NCBI GenBank assembly: GCA_905178155.1
Contig: CAJINV010000003.1
Coordinates: 10,473,732-10,537,731, forward strand
Source of the DNA: Amoebophrya sp. A120
Taxonomy: Eukaryota; Protista; Dinoflagellata
DNA: 64,000 nt
Direction of reading: 5' to 3'
Below, piece after piece: positions 1-18,213 of this stretch. The first letter of the stretch is position 1. The number at the start of each line of letters is the position of its first letter. The translations under genes were made by a program, and so were the position numbers. The notes below the pieces were generated by a model. That model ran no database searches and was not told where the DNA came from. It saw only the letters and a list, made by a program, of their open reading frames with translations.

Positions 1-112
1 TTGCCATTTTTCTTTTGAGCTTCGCCAACGCCAACAAATGTATACTATGTATGATTTGCGCCTCTGAAGATTTAATTTTCATCTCCGGTCCACACACACC
101 TGGATAACGGGG

Positions 113-480
113 TTGCCAGCAGCCACGTCTGCCGGTCGCGCGCTCTGGCTGTCTGACGCCAGGTCTGCCCGTCTGACGCGCACTGCGGTCGGCTGCCGCC
201 CGGTCCGGCCGTCTGCCGCCAGGCCTGCCCGTCTGAAGACGCAGCAAGGTCTAACCGTCCGCCACGCACCCACTCCCTCCGTCCGGCCGTCTGGCGCCAG
301 GTCTGGCCGTCGGACTGGCAACCGGTCTGGCCGTCGGACGCCTGACCTTTCTGGCCCCCGGCGCCCGGCCTGTCCGTTTGACGCCAGGCTTGGCTGCGGT
401 CTGACGTCCGGCCTGGCCGTCTGGCGACCGGCCTGGCCCCCTGATGCCCAGCGTGGCCGCCTGACGCCATACACCCGGCT
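113..480. repeat. GC-rich degenerate tandem repeat (CCGTCTGACGCCAGG-like units) in the glycerol kinase upstream intron
   Basis: Recurring CCGTCTG(A/G/C)CGCCAGG(T/C)CTG units; they generate low-complexity ORFs on both strands. Confidence 0.8.
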
Positions 481-609
481 CACAGGGTGCCCGGTTCTCC
501 GGCGTACCTTGTCCAGGGTACCTGTTCACGGGGTACGTGATCCCGGGTTCTTGGTGGTCCATATGGTACCTGCTCCCAGGGTGCGTGATTTACACTTTTG
601 CTCATTTAA

Positions 610-6559
<5,950 letters not shown>

Positions 6560-7785
6560 AAAAAAAAACGACCGACAAGAAGTGCATGTGTATTGCTGCG
6601 AGCCTTCCTAATCGTAATCCTATCCGTAAGTGGTCGACTGCAGGCCCTCGGGTGCAGCAAAGCTCTCTCTTTTGCAGCTTCTGGCGCTGAAGCACGTGCG
6701 CCGTCTTCTTAGGGCGATCAACTCTACTACAAGACCACGCCGCACTGTCTGTGTTTCAACAACAACTACGTCACCATAAGAGCCTCCGTGGAGTTTCCAA
6801 GCAAACCCTGAAAAAAAAGGTGCGAGGCTCTTTAATCTTGTTTCGTCCTGAAGATAGAGATATTCATATTGCCCCACGTGCACAAGAGCCAAGAGCAGCG
6901 ATCAACTCAAGGGCCTCAACTTTTAGAGGAGATGCTCTGCTTATGACAATGCGTTTTTGCTAGTTGCAAAATGAAAATTCCATTTATAAAGTTTGCACCA
7001 TTGATGACCGGCATTTGTGTTGGTCCTTTCTTCCTCCAGTTCATTAGACATAGGCTTGTGGTGTGTGTGTACGTGTATGAAAATGTATGGGAGTAAGAGC
7101 ACCATGATCAAGCCAAATGCTGAATATGAAAATGAATTTCAATGCCGGTGGAATATACTTGTAAGTGCCGAGCCCGAGACCCTACCTAATGTCCATCCTT
7201 AAAATGTTGGAAGGACCGAGACCAGCAGCTGGTCTGCAACACCGAAATGTACTTACATTACAAACTGAAAATGAAATCTGCGCCCACCTCCGTGCTGCTG
7301 AAGGTGAAGGACCCAAACATGCGCACTATGGAAGTCGATTTCAATCTTCCAAACGAAGCATAGCCATCTTTCTTGTTGTTTCTACCTTGACCAGGACCCG
7401 AAGGACCAAGTTCTCTGCAGCAACTGAGTGCCCGCCATATTTGTTGCAAGTTGTCAGTACCTGCCCCATCTTTTTATTTGGTGGATCTCGACCGCGATGG
7501 ATTTGGAATCATGTGGTCTGCACTTTGCGCCTTCAGGTTCTTCACTTTGTGGCTTGCTGAGATGTTCGGGTCTCAAGCTCAGCGATTGCATTGAAAGCGG
7601 AGATGGTGTTGGATCGATATGTAGTGCAAAAAGTGCGCGATCCGCTCCCACTCTCCTCAAAGGAATTTATGATATGCGTGTGACTCTTTTTTCTTGAAAC
7701 CCAAGGGAAAAAATCGAAATCCGACGAGATACATACAACTCTGCGAGAAGGTGTGCAAAACTCCGTCTGTTGATCAGACATGTTG

Positions 7786-9242
7786 CATGACTTGCAACCT
7801 CTAAAACAAAGCGACATCGGAAACTATCCTCGTTCGGGAACGAGGCACACATACCCCGGATTTTTTCAAAAAGTGAGAACGCGGCGAGTTTTCGCCTGGG
7901 CTCTCTTTCCGGAACGAGAAACGCTGTGAGAATTCACTGAATTGCCACTCCAGGACTTTTCAAAAAGTGAGAACGCAGTGAATTCTTGCGCGGCTTCTCG
8001 TTCCGGAACGAGAAATGGAGTTAGAATTTACTGAATTCATCTCACTCCAGGATTTTTCAAAAAGTGAGAACTCAATGAGTTCTCACTTGGTTTTCGTTCG
8101 GGAACGAGAAATGGAGTGAGTAGAATTCACTGAATTCTCAATCCCGGAAAATTCGCGATCCCAAAGTGGGACTTTTCAAAAAGTGAATACTCACTGAATT
8201 TTCACTCGATTTCTCGTTCCGGAACGAGAAGCCGAGTGAAAATTCAGTGAGTATTCACTTTTCGAAAAAAACCACTTTTGGAGCATGCATGTTTCTGGAG
8301 AGAGGCTTCAGCTCCCGGAGTGAAAATTTTCGAAAGTGAAAATTCACTGAATTTTCACTCGATTTCTCGTTCCGGAACGAGAAGCCAAGTGAAAATTCAG
8401 TGAGTTTTCACTTTTTGAAAAAAATCACTTTTGGATCACGAATTTTCCTGGAGAGAGACTCGAGCTCGCAGAGTGAAAATTTTCAAAAAGTGAAAATTCA
8501 GTGAATTTTCACTCGATTTCTCGTTCCGAAACGAGGCCTCGTTCCGAGTTTTCACTTTTATTTTGAAAATTTTCACTCCGGAGGCGAAGTTTTCCCGGAG
8601 CGCGAATTCGGGAAGCGGGATTTTTCCAAAAGAGAAAATTCGCTGAATTTTCACTCGATTTCTCGTTCCGGAACGAGAAACCGAGTGAAAATTCAGTGAA
8701 TATTCACTCCGGAATTTCGAAAAGTGAATTACTAGGCTTCTGGTTCTTCCGGAACGAGGCCTCGCGGAATTACCACCCCAGAGAAAAGCTATCTCATCCC
8801 GGAGTCATTCTGGAAGTGGGATTTTCGTAGAGTGGCAATTCAGTGAGTTATGATTACATGAACAAAAAAAAGCCGCAAGCGCTGACCTTTTACAGCACAC
8901 ATGGAAGAGATAGGGCGAGGGCTACCGATTCAAATTGCAGGACGTTCTGTGTTGCTCTGTCGCTAGTAGCGTTTGCTGCATGGCGCGAAAAATTTTTCGC
9001 GAGCCTTCTAAGCCTCGCGCTATTGCCCGCGCCACATCGCCGAGAGGAACGCCCTGCCACACTGCCTGCAAGGTGCCTGTGGTGTCGTTCGTAAGCCACG
9101 CCTAGTTTTTGTGGTTCGCAACGTCGCCCGATGTTTTGGCTTTAGTATGTACGTTAAAAACGCTCGAAGTTGTAGCATTTGGGCTCTCGTTCCCCAACGA
9201 GGGGAGTTTCCGACGCGAAAGGGGGGGTCTTTGCAAGTCATG
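7786..9242. mobile_element. Non-autonomous hAT-like DNA transposon (MITE), copy 1, 1457 bp
   Basis: 12-bp TIR CATGACTTGCAA / TTGCAAGTCATG; perfect 8-bp TSD ACATGTTG (7778-7785, 9243-9250); internal palindromic modules CGTTCCGGAACG; second copy at 32306. Confidence 0.92.
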
Positions 9243-9735
9243 ACATGTTGTTTATTCGAGAAGTCGAATAAGTTTAGTTCAGACTTTTTGTAACGCTTGA
9301 GAAGAATGTAACGTCAGCACTGAAAGAGAGGAAAAGGAAGAGGGATACTAACACTTTCGCTCGTGGTAGTAGGTTTGCAGGCGTATGATCGACCATGCGC
9401 GTATAAACAAAGTTCGTTGATGAAGTGAAGTAGTTTCGTATAGGAGCGAGAGCAAGACCCGTTGCTGTTGCACTCACTCCCTAAACTTGAATCTTTTTCC
9501 CGCCTGTCGTTTGCTTTTGGCGTTGGCCCGAATACGTTTAGCTTGAAGTTTGTCGCGTACATTTATACTAGCAACATATGCTTCGCCTGTAGAAATGTGA
9601 AAAAAAAAATAAATCTTCATAATTATTCCGCTAGAGCGAAACACAAAAAATAGAACCTGAACAGGAAGTCAAGAAGTCCTGTTCTGTTTCAGTTGCTCTC
9701 GTTCTTTCTGCCAGGTGGGACTTCGGGTTGGAGCG

Positions 9736-9943
9736 CCCACCATCAGTTCGCTAACTATAACGAACTGATGGCGGGGACTTGGTCGGGCCTCGGGGTGGAG
9801 TGCCCGCCATCAATTCGCTATATCGCGAGCTGATGGCGGGCAGCCAGCTGGTCGGGCCTCGGGCTGAGGTGCCCGGGGACCTGGTCAGACCTTGGGGTGG
9901 GGCGCCCGCCATCAATTTGCTATATAGCGAACTGCTGGCGGGC
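9736..9943. repeat. Three tandem ~40-nt palindromic hairpin units
   Basis: Consensus CCCGCCATCARTTCGCTATATAGCGAACTGATGGCGGG at about 9736, 9802 and 9904. Confidence 0.85.
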
Positions 9944-10579
9944 AACTGGTCGAGCCTCGGGCTGGGGTGCCAACTTTTTAAGATTTTGCAAGGCTGAGGC
10001 GTCACATTTTCTGCCAACGCCGAACACGCTTGCTTTATCCAGCTTCCACCGCCTTGCTCGCTATTGCTGTTGCAGCTTGTGCAATTCATACTCATCAAAA
10101 GTTTTTCAAATTCTGCCGTTGGCCTTCTGCTGCACGCTTTGCCTTTCTCTACTTGTTTGCAGTTTTCATTTTTTAGTATTTCGCTTTGTTTTACTTTCTA
10201 CCTTTAGCACTCAGCTTTTGCTTTTTACTTTTAACCTTTGCGCTTAGCTTTTACTTTTCGTTTTTCGAGTTTTGACTTCTAGCTTTTTGTTAGAGCCTGA
10301 ACACACGAGAACGAAAGGAGAGAGAGGAGGAACCACCAAAAGGCTCAAAGTCTGAAGGTTCTCAATGACTCAAGTCCTGAGCCCACTGCCTAGACTCTGC
10401 GAAACCCGTGCCAAAGTGTTGAAAGGTTCAAGTGAGGAGCCTGCTCGCGACGAGCTGAAGACGACGAGACACAAAGACGCGAGGACGGAGATCGGTGGAA
10501 CGTCGAGCGTGCTGACGCTTTTGCTTTTCGCTTTTGCTTTTTGCTTTTAGTTTTAGCCGCTGCCGGTAGCTTTTCGCTT

Positions 10580-10702
10580 TTAGCTCTTAGCTTTTAGCGC
10601 TTAGCTTTTAGCGCTTAGCTCTTAGCTCTTAGCCCTTAGCTCTTAGCTCTTAGCTCTTAGCTCTTAGCTCTTAGCTCTTAGCTCTTAGCTCTTAGCTCTT
10701 AG
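10580..10702 (+). repeat. (TTAGCTC)n heptamer microsatellite with degenerate TTAGCTT/TTTGCTT flanks
   Basis: Read directly from sequence. Confidence 0.95.
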
Positions 10703-10956
10703 GCTTTGCCTTCCCACTTGAAGAAGCCGACGACGATGTCGACGCTGGAGCGGAGTAAAAGCATAATAGTTCCCTCTAGTAACCCCGTCAGTTGGGTAAA
10801 TCATTCACTCACTCACTTTGCTTTTAGGCATTTGCTTCCTTTTAGCTTTTAGCTTTTGTTTTTTGGTTTTACTTTTTGGCTTTCACTTTTAAATTGCGGA
10901 ATAATTGTTTGGCCATCACGCTCTTACTCTTAACAAGGGATAGATTATGCTTGAAA

Positions 10957-13900
10957 ATGATGCAGGGGCTTTTCGCCACGGGTGCCGCAGTGCTAGCGCA
11001 AGGTCTCGCGTACGCTGCGCTTTTGCTGTCGATGAAGTTTATCTTTGTCTATCTGGAGTTTCCCTACCCGTTGTTCATCTCGGCGTGCAACAGCTTTTGC
11101 GGAGTTATCGTCCTCCTTTTTTCTTCCGCCGTACCCGTAGTATCTATCTGCACGACAAAAAGTCATGACGGTGGCGCTGCTTCACCTACGTCCGAGGTTG
11201 TGGACGGGGCAGAGCTACTCCTGAGCAAGGGCACGAGGAAGCAGAGTGCCACTGTTTCACGACTAAAGAATGCAAAAGTGCCGACTACAATTCCTTCTCG
11301 AATCGCAGCGCAGCAGCATGGAGATGCAGGCGTAACCGTACTCAGTCTGGCTTCTTCATCATGTCCCAGCACCACGGCCTCTTCTAGTGAAGAATACCAT
11401 GACGATGTCGACGAATCGCGAAGGCACCACGGCGGCCACTATGGGTCTCAGACGCTCATAAAAACGAGACGCAGGACGCCTGAACAGTGTGGAACTGTCT
11501 TCACTGACAGGGCTGATGATGCAGGCGCCCAAAAAAAGTTTTGCCATCGACTTGATACTGAAGACGCTCAAGAGGCTCCTGCCACTATCGACCGAAGCGC
11601 ACAACAAGTGGCAGAAACCCTCGACTACGTATAACAGGAGCAGCTATTAAATCGAAAACTATTTTCAAAAATGTGTTTTATTGTAAAACTATTGTGATTA
11701 TGTAGCTATTTTATGATTAACTATCTAGGTTTTCTCATAGCTAATGTGGGTAGTTGTCTTGCGGCTGTGTGTACACAGCCGCAAGACAGCTACCTACTTT
11801 ACCTTAACTATCAGCTAGCTAATTAACCATAAGCTAAGTAGTTTTGACATGCATATTTATAATAGAACAAATTTTTGAAAATTTCAATCGATTTAATAGC
11901 TGCTCCTGTTATACTACGGCGCTCTAATTTATTTCGGCGGTTTCTTTGGTGCTGTAAATATCGGTCTGTCTAATCAAGCACTCAGCCTCCTGGACCCGCC
12001 GAATTACGGAGTCTTGATGAAAAACCTACTACTGTCGGATGTGATTGTGTTCTTTCTGCTGGATTCGTTGAATGATAAATCTGTCGCGAGCAGTGAGCAG
12101 CAGGCGACGTTTAGCGCGGCCGCCAGCAATGCGACAAAAGCCGAGAGGGAAAGTTTCACGTTGGAGGGGGCGGAATCGTTCCATGACAGCACAACATCGT
12201 CTGCACCAGCCAAGCAGCTGTCGCCCGAAGAACATAGCAGGAAAAGACGACTGCTGGCCCGAAGGTATCTGTTTCCATGGCACGCGTTGCCGAACCCCTT
12301 CCGTGTTTGCTTGCAGCTTGGCCTGGTCTTGTGTGGGGCAGTCGGCTCTGCCTGGCTGGTGGCTTCAGCACCGGACACGAGTAAAAGTGGCGAACCCTCT
12401 GAACCTGCCGCACAACTGGGGAAGAACGAGCAGACCGACTGGAGCCCCTTGCTGGGCGCATCCTTGTGCTTCCTCGCCCTCCTGTTTTCCAGCCTGAAGG
12501 ATGCGGTGAGGCAGTACTGCTTGCACAAAGAGAAGCGATTGCCTGTGTTCTTGGAGCGGCCTCTACGTGGCTCGGGCTCTGCAGCAATTTCTTGTTCGGA
12601 CAGGCTTGTCGACGTAGATGGCCTGGGAGCGGGAAGCGCTGCGGGATGCGGAGGCGCTGACCGCTTCGGAAAGCTGCATGGCCAAGACATTGCAAGGGGG
12701 AAAGTTACCATTTCCGTCGTCGAGTACTCGGCCAAGGCTTGCGCTGTACAGTTTTTGTGTTTGCTGCTGGGTGCTTTGAGCATCGAGGGCCGAGCACCAT
12801 TTCTGATTTTCAAAGCTGGATTGATGGGAGCTTGTGGTGTGGTTGTAACTTCAGCTTCAAAAGAGGAGCAGCAGAGAGATGGTCTTCTTGTCGTATGTAC
12901 GGCGCTTTGTTGCCTTCTCGGATTCGCAGTGACAACGGCCACGGCTGAGCTGTCGAAGTTGACGGATGTGGTTTCGCAAGCTTGCTACCGATACTTGAGC
13001 TTCCTCCTCCTCGCGGTCTTTTCGTTTGTTGTTTTCCGCCAGGCTCTGACCGGGGCGCAGATTGCGCTGTCCGGAGTGATGTTCTGCGGGATTTTTTGGT
13101 TTGCGCTGGATTTCCACTGTGGTGAGAAGCGCGACGGTGCCCAAACTACACCACCCGATCCAACGGAGAAGCCGAGCGCCGGCGCTGCGGTGGCAAGCGC
13201 GCTCGGCCCCCCTTCTTGCGCTGCAATATCTACTGCGGTCGGGGAGGCCTGCAATGGCAATAGGCCTGTCGCGAAGAACCACTCACCCGCTTCCTCTGCG
13301 TCCAACGGAGGCACCGACACAAGCGGAAGCGCGTGGGCAGGGCCCGCGCAATGCCGCGTGGCTATATCTGTTTTCGTGTCTGTTGCAGCCATTGCCTTTG
13401 TTTGGCACAATGTCAATGTAAGCGGCGCTAGTTTGCGTAGCGGAACTGCTTTACGGAGTATGGCGCTCCTACAGCCACCAGCCCCGCCGGGTCTAGTATT
13501 GTCCGAGCCACCGCTGAACGGTATCACACTCAACATGGCCCGAGCAGCGTCTCGCCCCCTCCTCCGCGCAGCGCAATTTGCGCCCGGCCACGGGCGCGCC
13601 AGCCGCCTGAAGGTAGGGAAGAAAAGAGCCACGCCGCGAAGCGAAAACAGCGGGCCAAAGGTAGCACGTCCGTGGGACCCTCGGGCGCCGTTGTCCTCTG
13701 CTAGCGGTGTCGGTGTCGGAATCTCTCGGGGGCGCGAGGCTAAGCCCGCCGCCCATGCCGGCCAGATCGTGAAGGCGGGCGGCAAAAACAACGCGCGTGG
13801 CGCTCAAGAAAAATTCGACAGTGATCCGGCAGTGGCCAGCGGTGAAACACTGGTCGAAAGCGGCCGCCTGCTGGCAGGGCAGACCGTCCGCAAGACCCCT

Positions 13901-15352
13901 GCGCCAAAGCAGGGCGTGGAGGAAGGCAGCGGACCAGAAAGAAGCGCTGCGGCTGCAGCTCCGAACGACCAGTACCCACTGGCGGCGCACGGGACCGACT
14001 TGAGGCGGCTCGGCATTTTTCTCAATCCGGAGAAAGCCGCGAAAGGCGGGTCGGTAGCAGCGATCGGCGAGGAGCGCGCGGACTTCCAAGCGCGCGGCCC
14101 TGCCGAAGATGTCGCAAAGGGCGAGGCCTGCACCTGTGGGCGCTGGGGCGAGTTCACCAGAATGGATAAGCCCAGTGACCTTGGCTTCTGTGAGGCTCTG
14201 GATGAAAAAACTGCGGCTGGCCGGCGAGAAATCGAACACAGGTTGGAGACGACCCGTGGTTACACGCCAACCTGTTGCAGAAGGCAGACGACGCAAGTCT
14301 TGTGGGATCTGGCGGACAACGTTTTTGACAAGTACGGCCTAGAATACGCCTTGCACGGTGGCACTGCTTTGGCAGCAATTCGGTGTGGCAGTATAACTAG
14401 CTACGACTACGACCTGGATCTGATGGTGTATGCGCCGGGGTCCTTGGAGCTTGCGAAGCGCCAGTTGCGAATGTGGGTGCAGGATTTTCGCAGCAACAAG
14501 AAGGGCGCTAGCAACACCGTGGGACTTATGGCAACGAGATCGCGCGCCAAAGAAGAAAACGGCGGCAGCCCGCCACGACCTTGGCAGATCCCTATCGAAG
14601 ACGCCGCGACGCGTTCGATTGGTGCGCACCTACGCTCACGCGGAGTCGGTTCTGCTCTCATTGACGAATTCCTCGACGAGCTTGCATTATCTGGCTCTGA
14701 AGGTGAAGAACTCGATCCGACTAAAAGCCATGCTGATGCTGACGGAGCTAGCGCAGCCGCACCCAGAGCCACCTCTCCTTTGGCGGGTTCGCAAGCTTCG
14801 CTAAGGAAAGACGGCGATGCCGTATCCATCTTCGAGCACGTGCACGGCCGCGACAGAATCTGGCAGGTCGGTCGCGCGCCAAGTTTCCTACCGAATGGCA
14901 CTGCCACGTTTCGGCTCGCGTCGGTGGAGTTTCTTGTTTTGCAGGGGTTGGGCGCCCCTGACAGTTTTCATCCGGACCCGGGGCCGAGGAATTTCGAAAT
15001 AACCGGGGAGTTCACAAACCGAGACACACGGCCAGGCGCCGTGCAGAATGGCTCGGTGCATGCTGATATCTACGTTTCCGACGCCAAGCCACCGGCGCTT
15101 CGCCCCGTGTTTTTTGGCGGCCGAATTGTCAAGGCGGCCGCTGAAGCGCGCGCAGAGTTGCATGAGAAGTATGGAGCGTCCTACTTCACGCCTTTACGCT
15201 GGAAGAAACACGGGGTCGAGATGCAGTCTGTGACCTCGGAAGACACGTGCGAAAAGAAATCCTGCGAAGCGGCCCGGGCAGAGATGCGCGAGAAGCTCTG
15301 TCCTGTTGTGCCGGATTTGATGTTCGGGGCGGCGGAAAGCGAGGAGTGTTAA
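10957..15352 (+). CDS. Fusion of an SLC35/TPT-type (DMT) nucleotide-sugar transporter and a C-terminal LicD/fukutin-family phosphotransferase domain; two exons (approx 10957-11627, 11917-15352), about 1370 aa
   Basis: N-terminal MKFIFVYLEFPYPLFISA, NIGLSNQAL and further hydrophobic helices; extra TM VAISVFVSVAAIAFVW; LicD-like motifs YALHGGTALAAIR..ITSYDYDLDL, HADIYV, LRPVFFGG..LHEKYGASYFTP. Most of the transporter and the LicD domain share one 1112-aa ORF. Confidence 0.8.
11630..11913. mobile_element. Young MITE-like introner with long TIRs
   Basis: Perfect 26-bp TIR TATAACAGGAGCAGCTATTAAATCGA; perfect flanks CTACG/CTACG; central palindrome GTCTTGCGGCTGTGTGTACACAGCCGCAAGAC; removal joins LDY-GALIYFGG in frame. 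Confidence 0.92.
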
Positions 15353-16629
15353 GATGTGCGAAAAAAAGTATAGTACAGCAATACGAAAGAAGGCAGCTTT
15401 TCGCCTTCTGCTAGTAGATAGTGCTTCAGTTTTTTTAATCGCTGCATTAAGTACTTAGAACTACGTCGCTTGTTGATGTATAAGTGCAACCCTTAACAGG
15501 AACTTGGCGCACGAACATAGCCATGTCTCGCCCGCCTTCACGGGACCGATTGCAGTAGTTTGTCTTGCACTTGCTTTAGTATTAGTCACGTCAGCAGTAT
15601 TTGTTTCTGTGGGATGAATCAATTCGGAAATGGAAAGACAAGAAGCGACAGCTCTTGCTATCATTTTTCAGAAAGACAGACAAGCAGTGGACCTGGCCTG
15701 AAGTGAGTGGCTCCCAAAGGGCAAAAAGAATAGCAATAGACGCACTGCCAGCACTGCGCATGTCATGTAAGATGAAATTAAAAATCATTTAAGAGAATTG
15801 ATATTAAAAAGAGAAAGAAGGTATAAGAAACAGTGAAAGAAGTTAGTCGTTGTAGTTCTATCAGAAAGAAAATAGATAGAGGGCTCTGGAAGTAGTCCGC
15901 CGGTATTAGCCTGCGGAGAGGAAACATAGTACGCGAAGCAATGCACAACCTCAAGCAGAAGTGGGACGGTTGTAGACAAGGGCGCGGGCGTGATGCAAAC
16001 GGTAAGAGCTGCACCCAAGGAGAAGCCACGTTCCTCGTCCGCGCCGCCGCGATCTTGTAGTAGGGAGCTGACTCGTTCTCGTGAAAAAAAGTTGGATGTG
16101 TATGATAGATGCGATTCTTATGTTTATGTACGGGAGATAAAAAAATAGCTGGAACCGAATATAACCCAGTCCGGCTTCTAGGGAAAACCGGCTGCGTGAT
16201 TTTTTTTCTTTGTGTGTCTGAAGTATCAAGACTTTTTTTCTGTTCACACTCACTGCCTAGCTCGCAGCAGCCCGTTATGGAACACTGGCAGCATCGTCAT
16301 CATCTACGTTTTCAGAGAGACCAGGAATGAGCACCCCTCTACTTTTTCGGCGTGATCATACATCGGGATGAGCTAGTACGAGGCGGCACTTCAATCATCA
16401 TATCCTTGAATCTGATGTAGTTGCTGAACTTGGTTGATGTGCGCAGTGCTTTTCCTTGGCCGCTCGGTCGTGCGTCTTGTAGCAGTGTTGTGTTAGAAAA
16501 CTTTCTGACAAGCGCAAAACTGTTTTACGGCCAGTGTTGTGGTTAGTTTTGCCTGACTTCTGCGCTGAGCCCGCCTTACGTGACGGCGTCGCGTGAGCCT
16601 GCTGCTGACGACGTCCCACCCAGTGAGCA

Positions 16630-17600
16630 TGTCAGTAGGCCCGGGCCGCTTTGTCTTGCGGGCGGGGTACAAGCAAAATTGTTAGCCGCCTCTAGTACAA
16701 AAATAGTAAGCGTGGCCGAGCTCTAGCTCATGAAAAAACCGGCTGCACTCTTAAAGCTCCGGCACGCCAAACCCCTGGGCGGTGTGTCTCTGTTCCACAG
16801 AAAAAAGATCACGCACTTCGACAGTTTCCCACCGTAGTTCTAAGACCGAACTCATCCAGAAGATGAAAAGACATTCTTATCTCCCCGGTCTGTCTACCGT
16901 TCAGCACGACGATGCAACTCTCTCACCCAAGAAAGAACTAGGAGAAGCCCGCAAAATCTTCCTCGTCTTTTGATGCTAACCCTTTACAGGTCGACAGGGA
17001 TAGACTGAAGTCGAATACTTCGGACATTGAGTCGCTTAGCTTTTTCTTTTGCTAGTCTTTCGATGTTCGAAGCTCTTGTGTCTTGCGTGCCGTCATAGAA
17101 CTACGAACTACGAACTTCTGTCGTCTGGACACCATCAAAAGGGTCCAAGAAAAAAAGTCAATCAGGCCGAGGCGAGATGCATTAACGTAATAACTTTGTA
17201 TGGTTAGAAGAAAAAACGCTGACTGTAAAAAGTGACTGATAACTTAGACAGGGTTTAGGGTTCGACGTGTGCTCCCGTCTGGCGCGTGAAGTTACTACAT
17301 TGGCCGGCGTAAGACTATCCGTGGGCCTGCCAGGGTTGGGCTGATTTCCCCGTCCCCCCATAAGCATGATGTCGATAAGCCCGGGGCCTTGTATGACACG
17401 AGGGAGGGGCGCAGGTTCATCGTTAGCCGCCCCTACTATAGCAGTAAAGCGTGGTCAAGTTTAGCTCATGAAAACACTCGCCGGAGCTCTTACAGCCCCG
17501 AGTACGCCCCACCACCGCCCCACCCCGCCCACCGCCCACGTTTAGCTCATGAAAGCACTCGCCGGAGCTCTTACAGCCCCGAGTACGCCCCACCACCTCC
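16630..17600. repeat. Diverged direct repeats (about 16630-16770 vs 17375-17515) plus a tandem duplicate at 17541-17600
   Basis: Shared GTTAGCCGCC..AAGCGTGG..TAGCTCATGAAAA..CTCTTA.AGC.CCG motif in three copies. Confidence 0.7.
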
Positions 17601-18213
17601 CACCTCCCCATGCTAATCGGACATCTTCCCACATTCCCACTTACATGGATGCTTACCTTTTTCTTGTTTTTCACTTTCTGTGTGATCGGGTGTGGTCGAT
17701 TGGCCGAGTCAACAGCAATATAACGATGTCGAATGGCGCGCGACCGCGATGGCAATGCATGTGAAGGGTATAATGTCATCTGGGTTGACTTTTAGCATTG
17801 GCGCCACAGTTCTTGACACACACACACACACAGATTGATAAAGCTGCAAGAACCAACTTCTACACAAACGGCGACGGTATGCACTTATGTTCATCGGTGT
17901 TCTTACTTTTCTTATCGTCGAAAGGTTCCGCTTCGATATAATTATAATACAAGGAAACTACTAATAGCAATAGGGAGTTTAGGACTCAGGTTCGTTTGGT
18001 TTGCGTAATGTAATAATAGATTTATGGTCACGCGATGGCTCATTGTTTCCCGTTTTCTTGCTCCTCGTGAGCATCTTCGACTATCCTGCTAAGATATGCA
18101 TTTTATTCTGCGCCTCGCGTTCTTGAACCGGTTGTCGATGAAGTAAGTGTAGTACTCGCGGCCACCTCATTCATTGGTTGTTTTTAGGCGCCACTCGTGG
18201 AGGTATCGGCAGG

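Noticed and set aside
12004-14907. Long minus-strand ORFs (312, 268, 267 aa)
   Set aside because: Antisense shadows of the GC-rich fusion exon, with no recognisable motifs.
10957-15352. Stop-codon reassignment as reported in one Amoebophrya lineage
   Set aside because: ORFs of 1112 and 590 codons contain no TAA, TAG or TGA, and in-frame stops in the reconstructed genes fall inside removable elements or at gene ends.
17251-17262. GGGTTTAGGGTT as a telomeric remnant
   Set aside because: Fewer than two units, which is compatible with chance.
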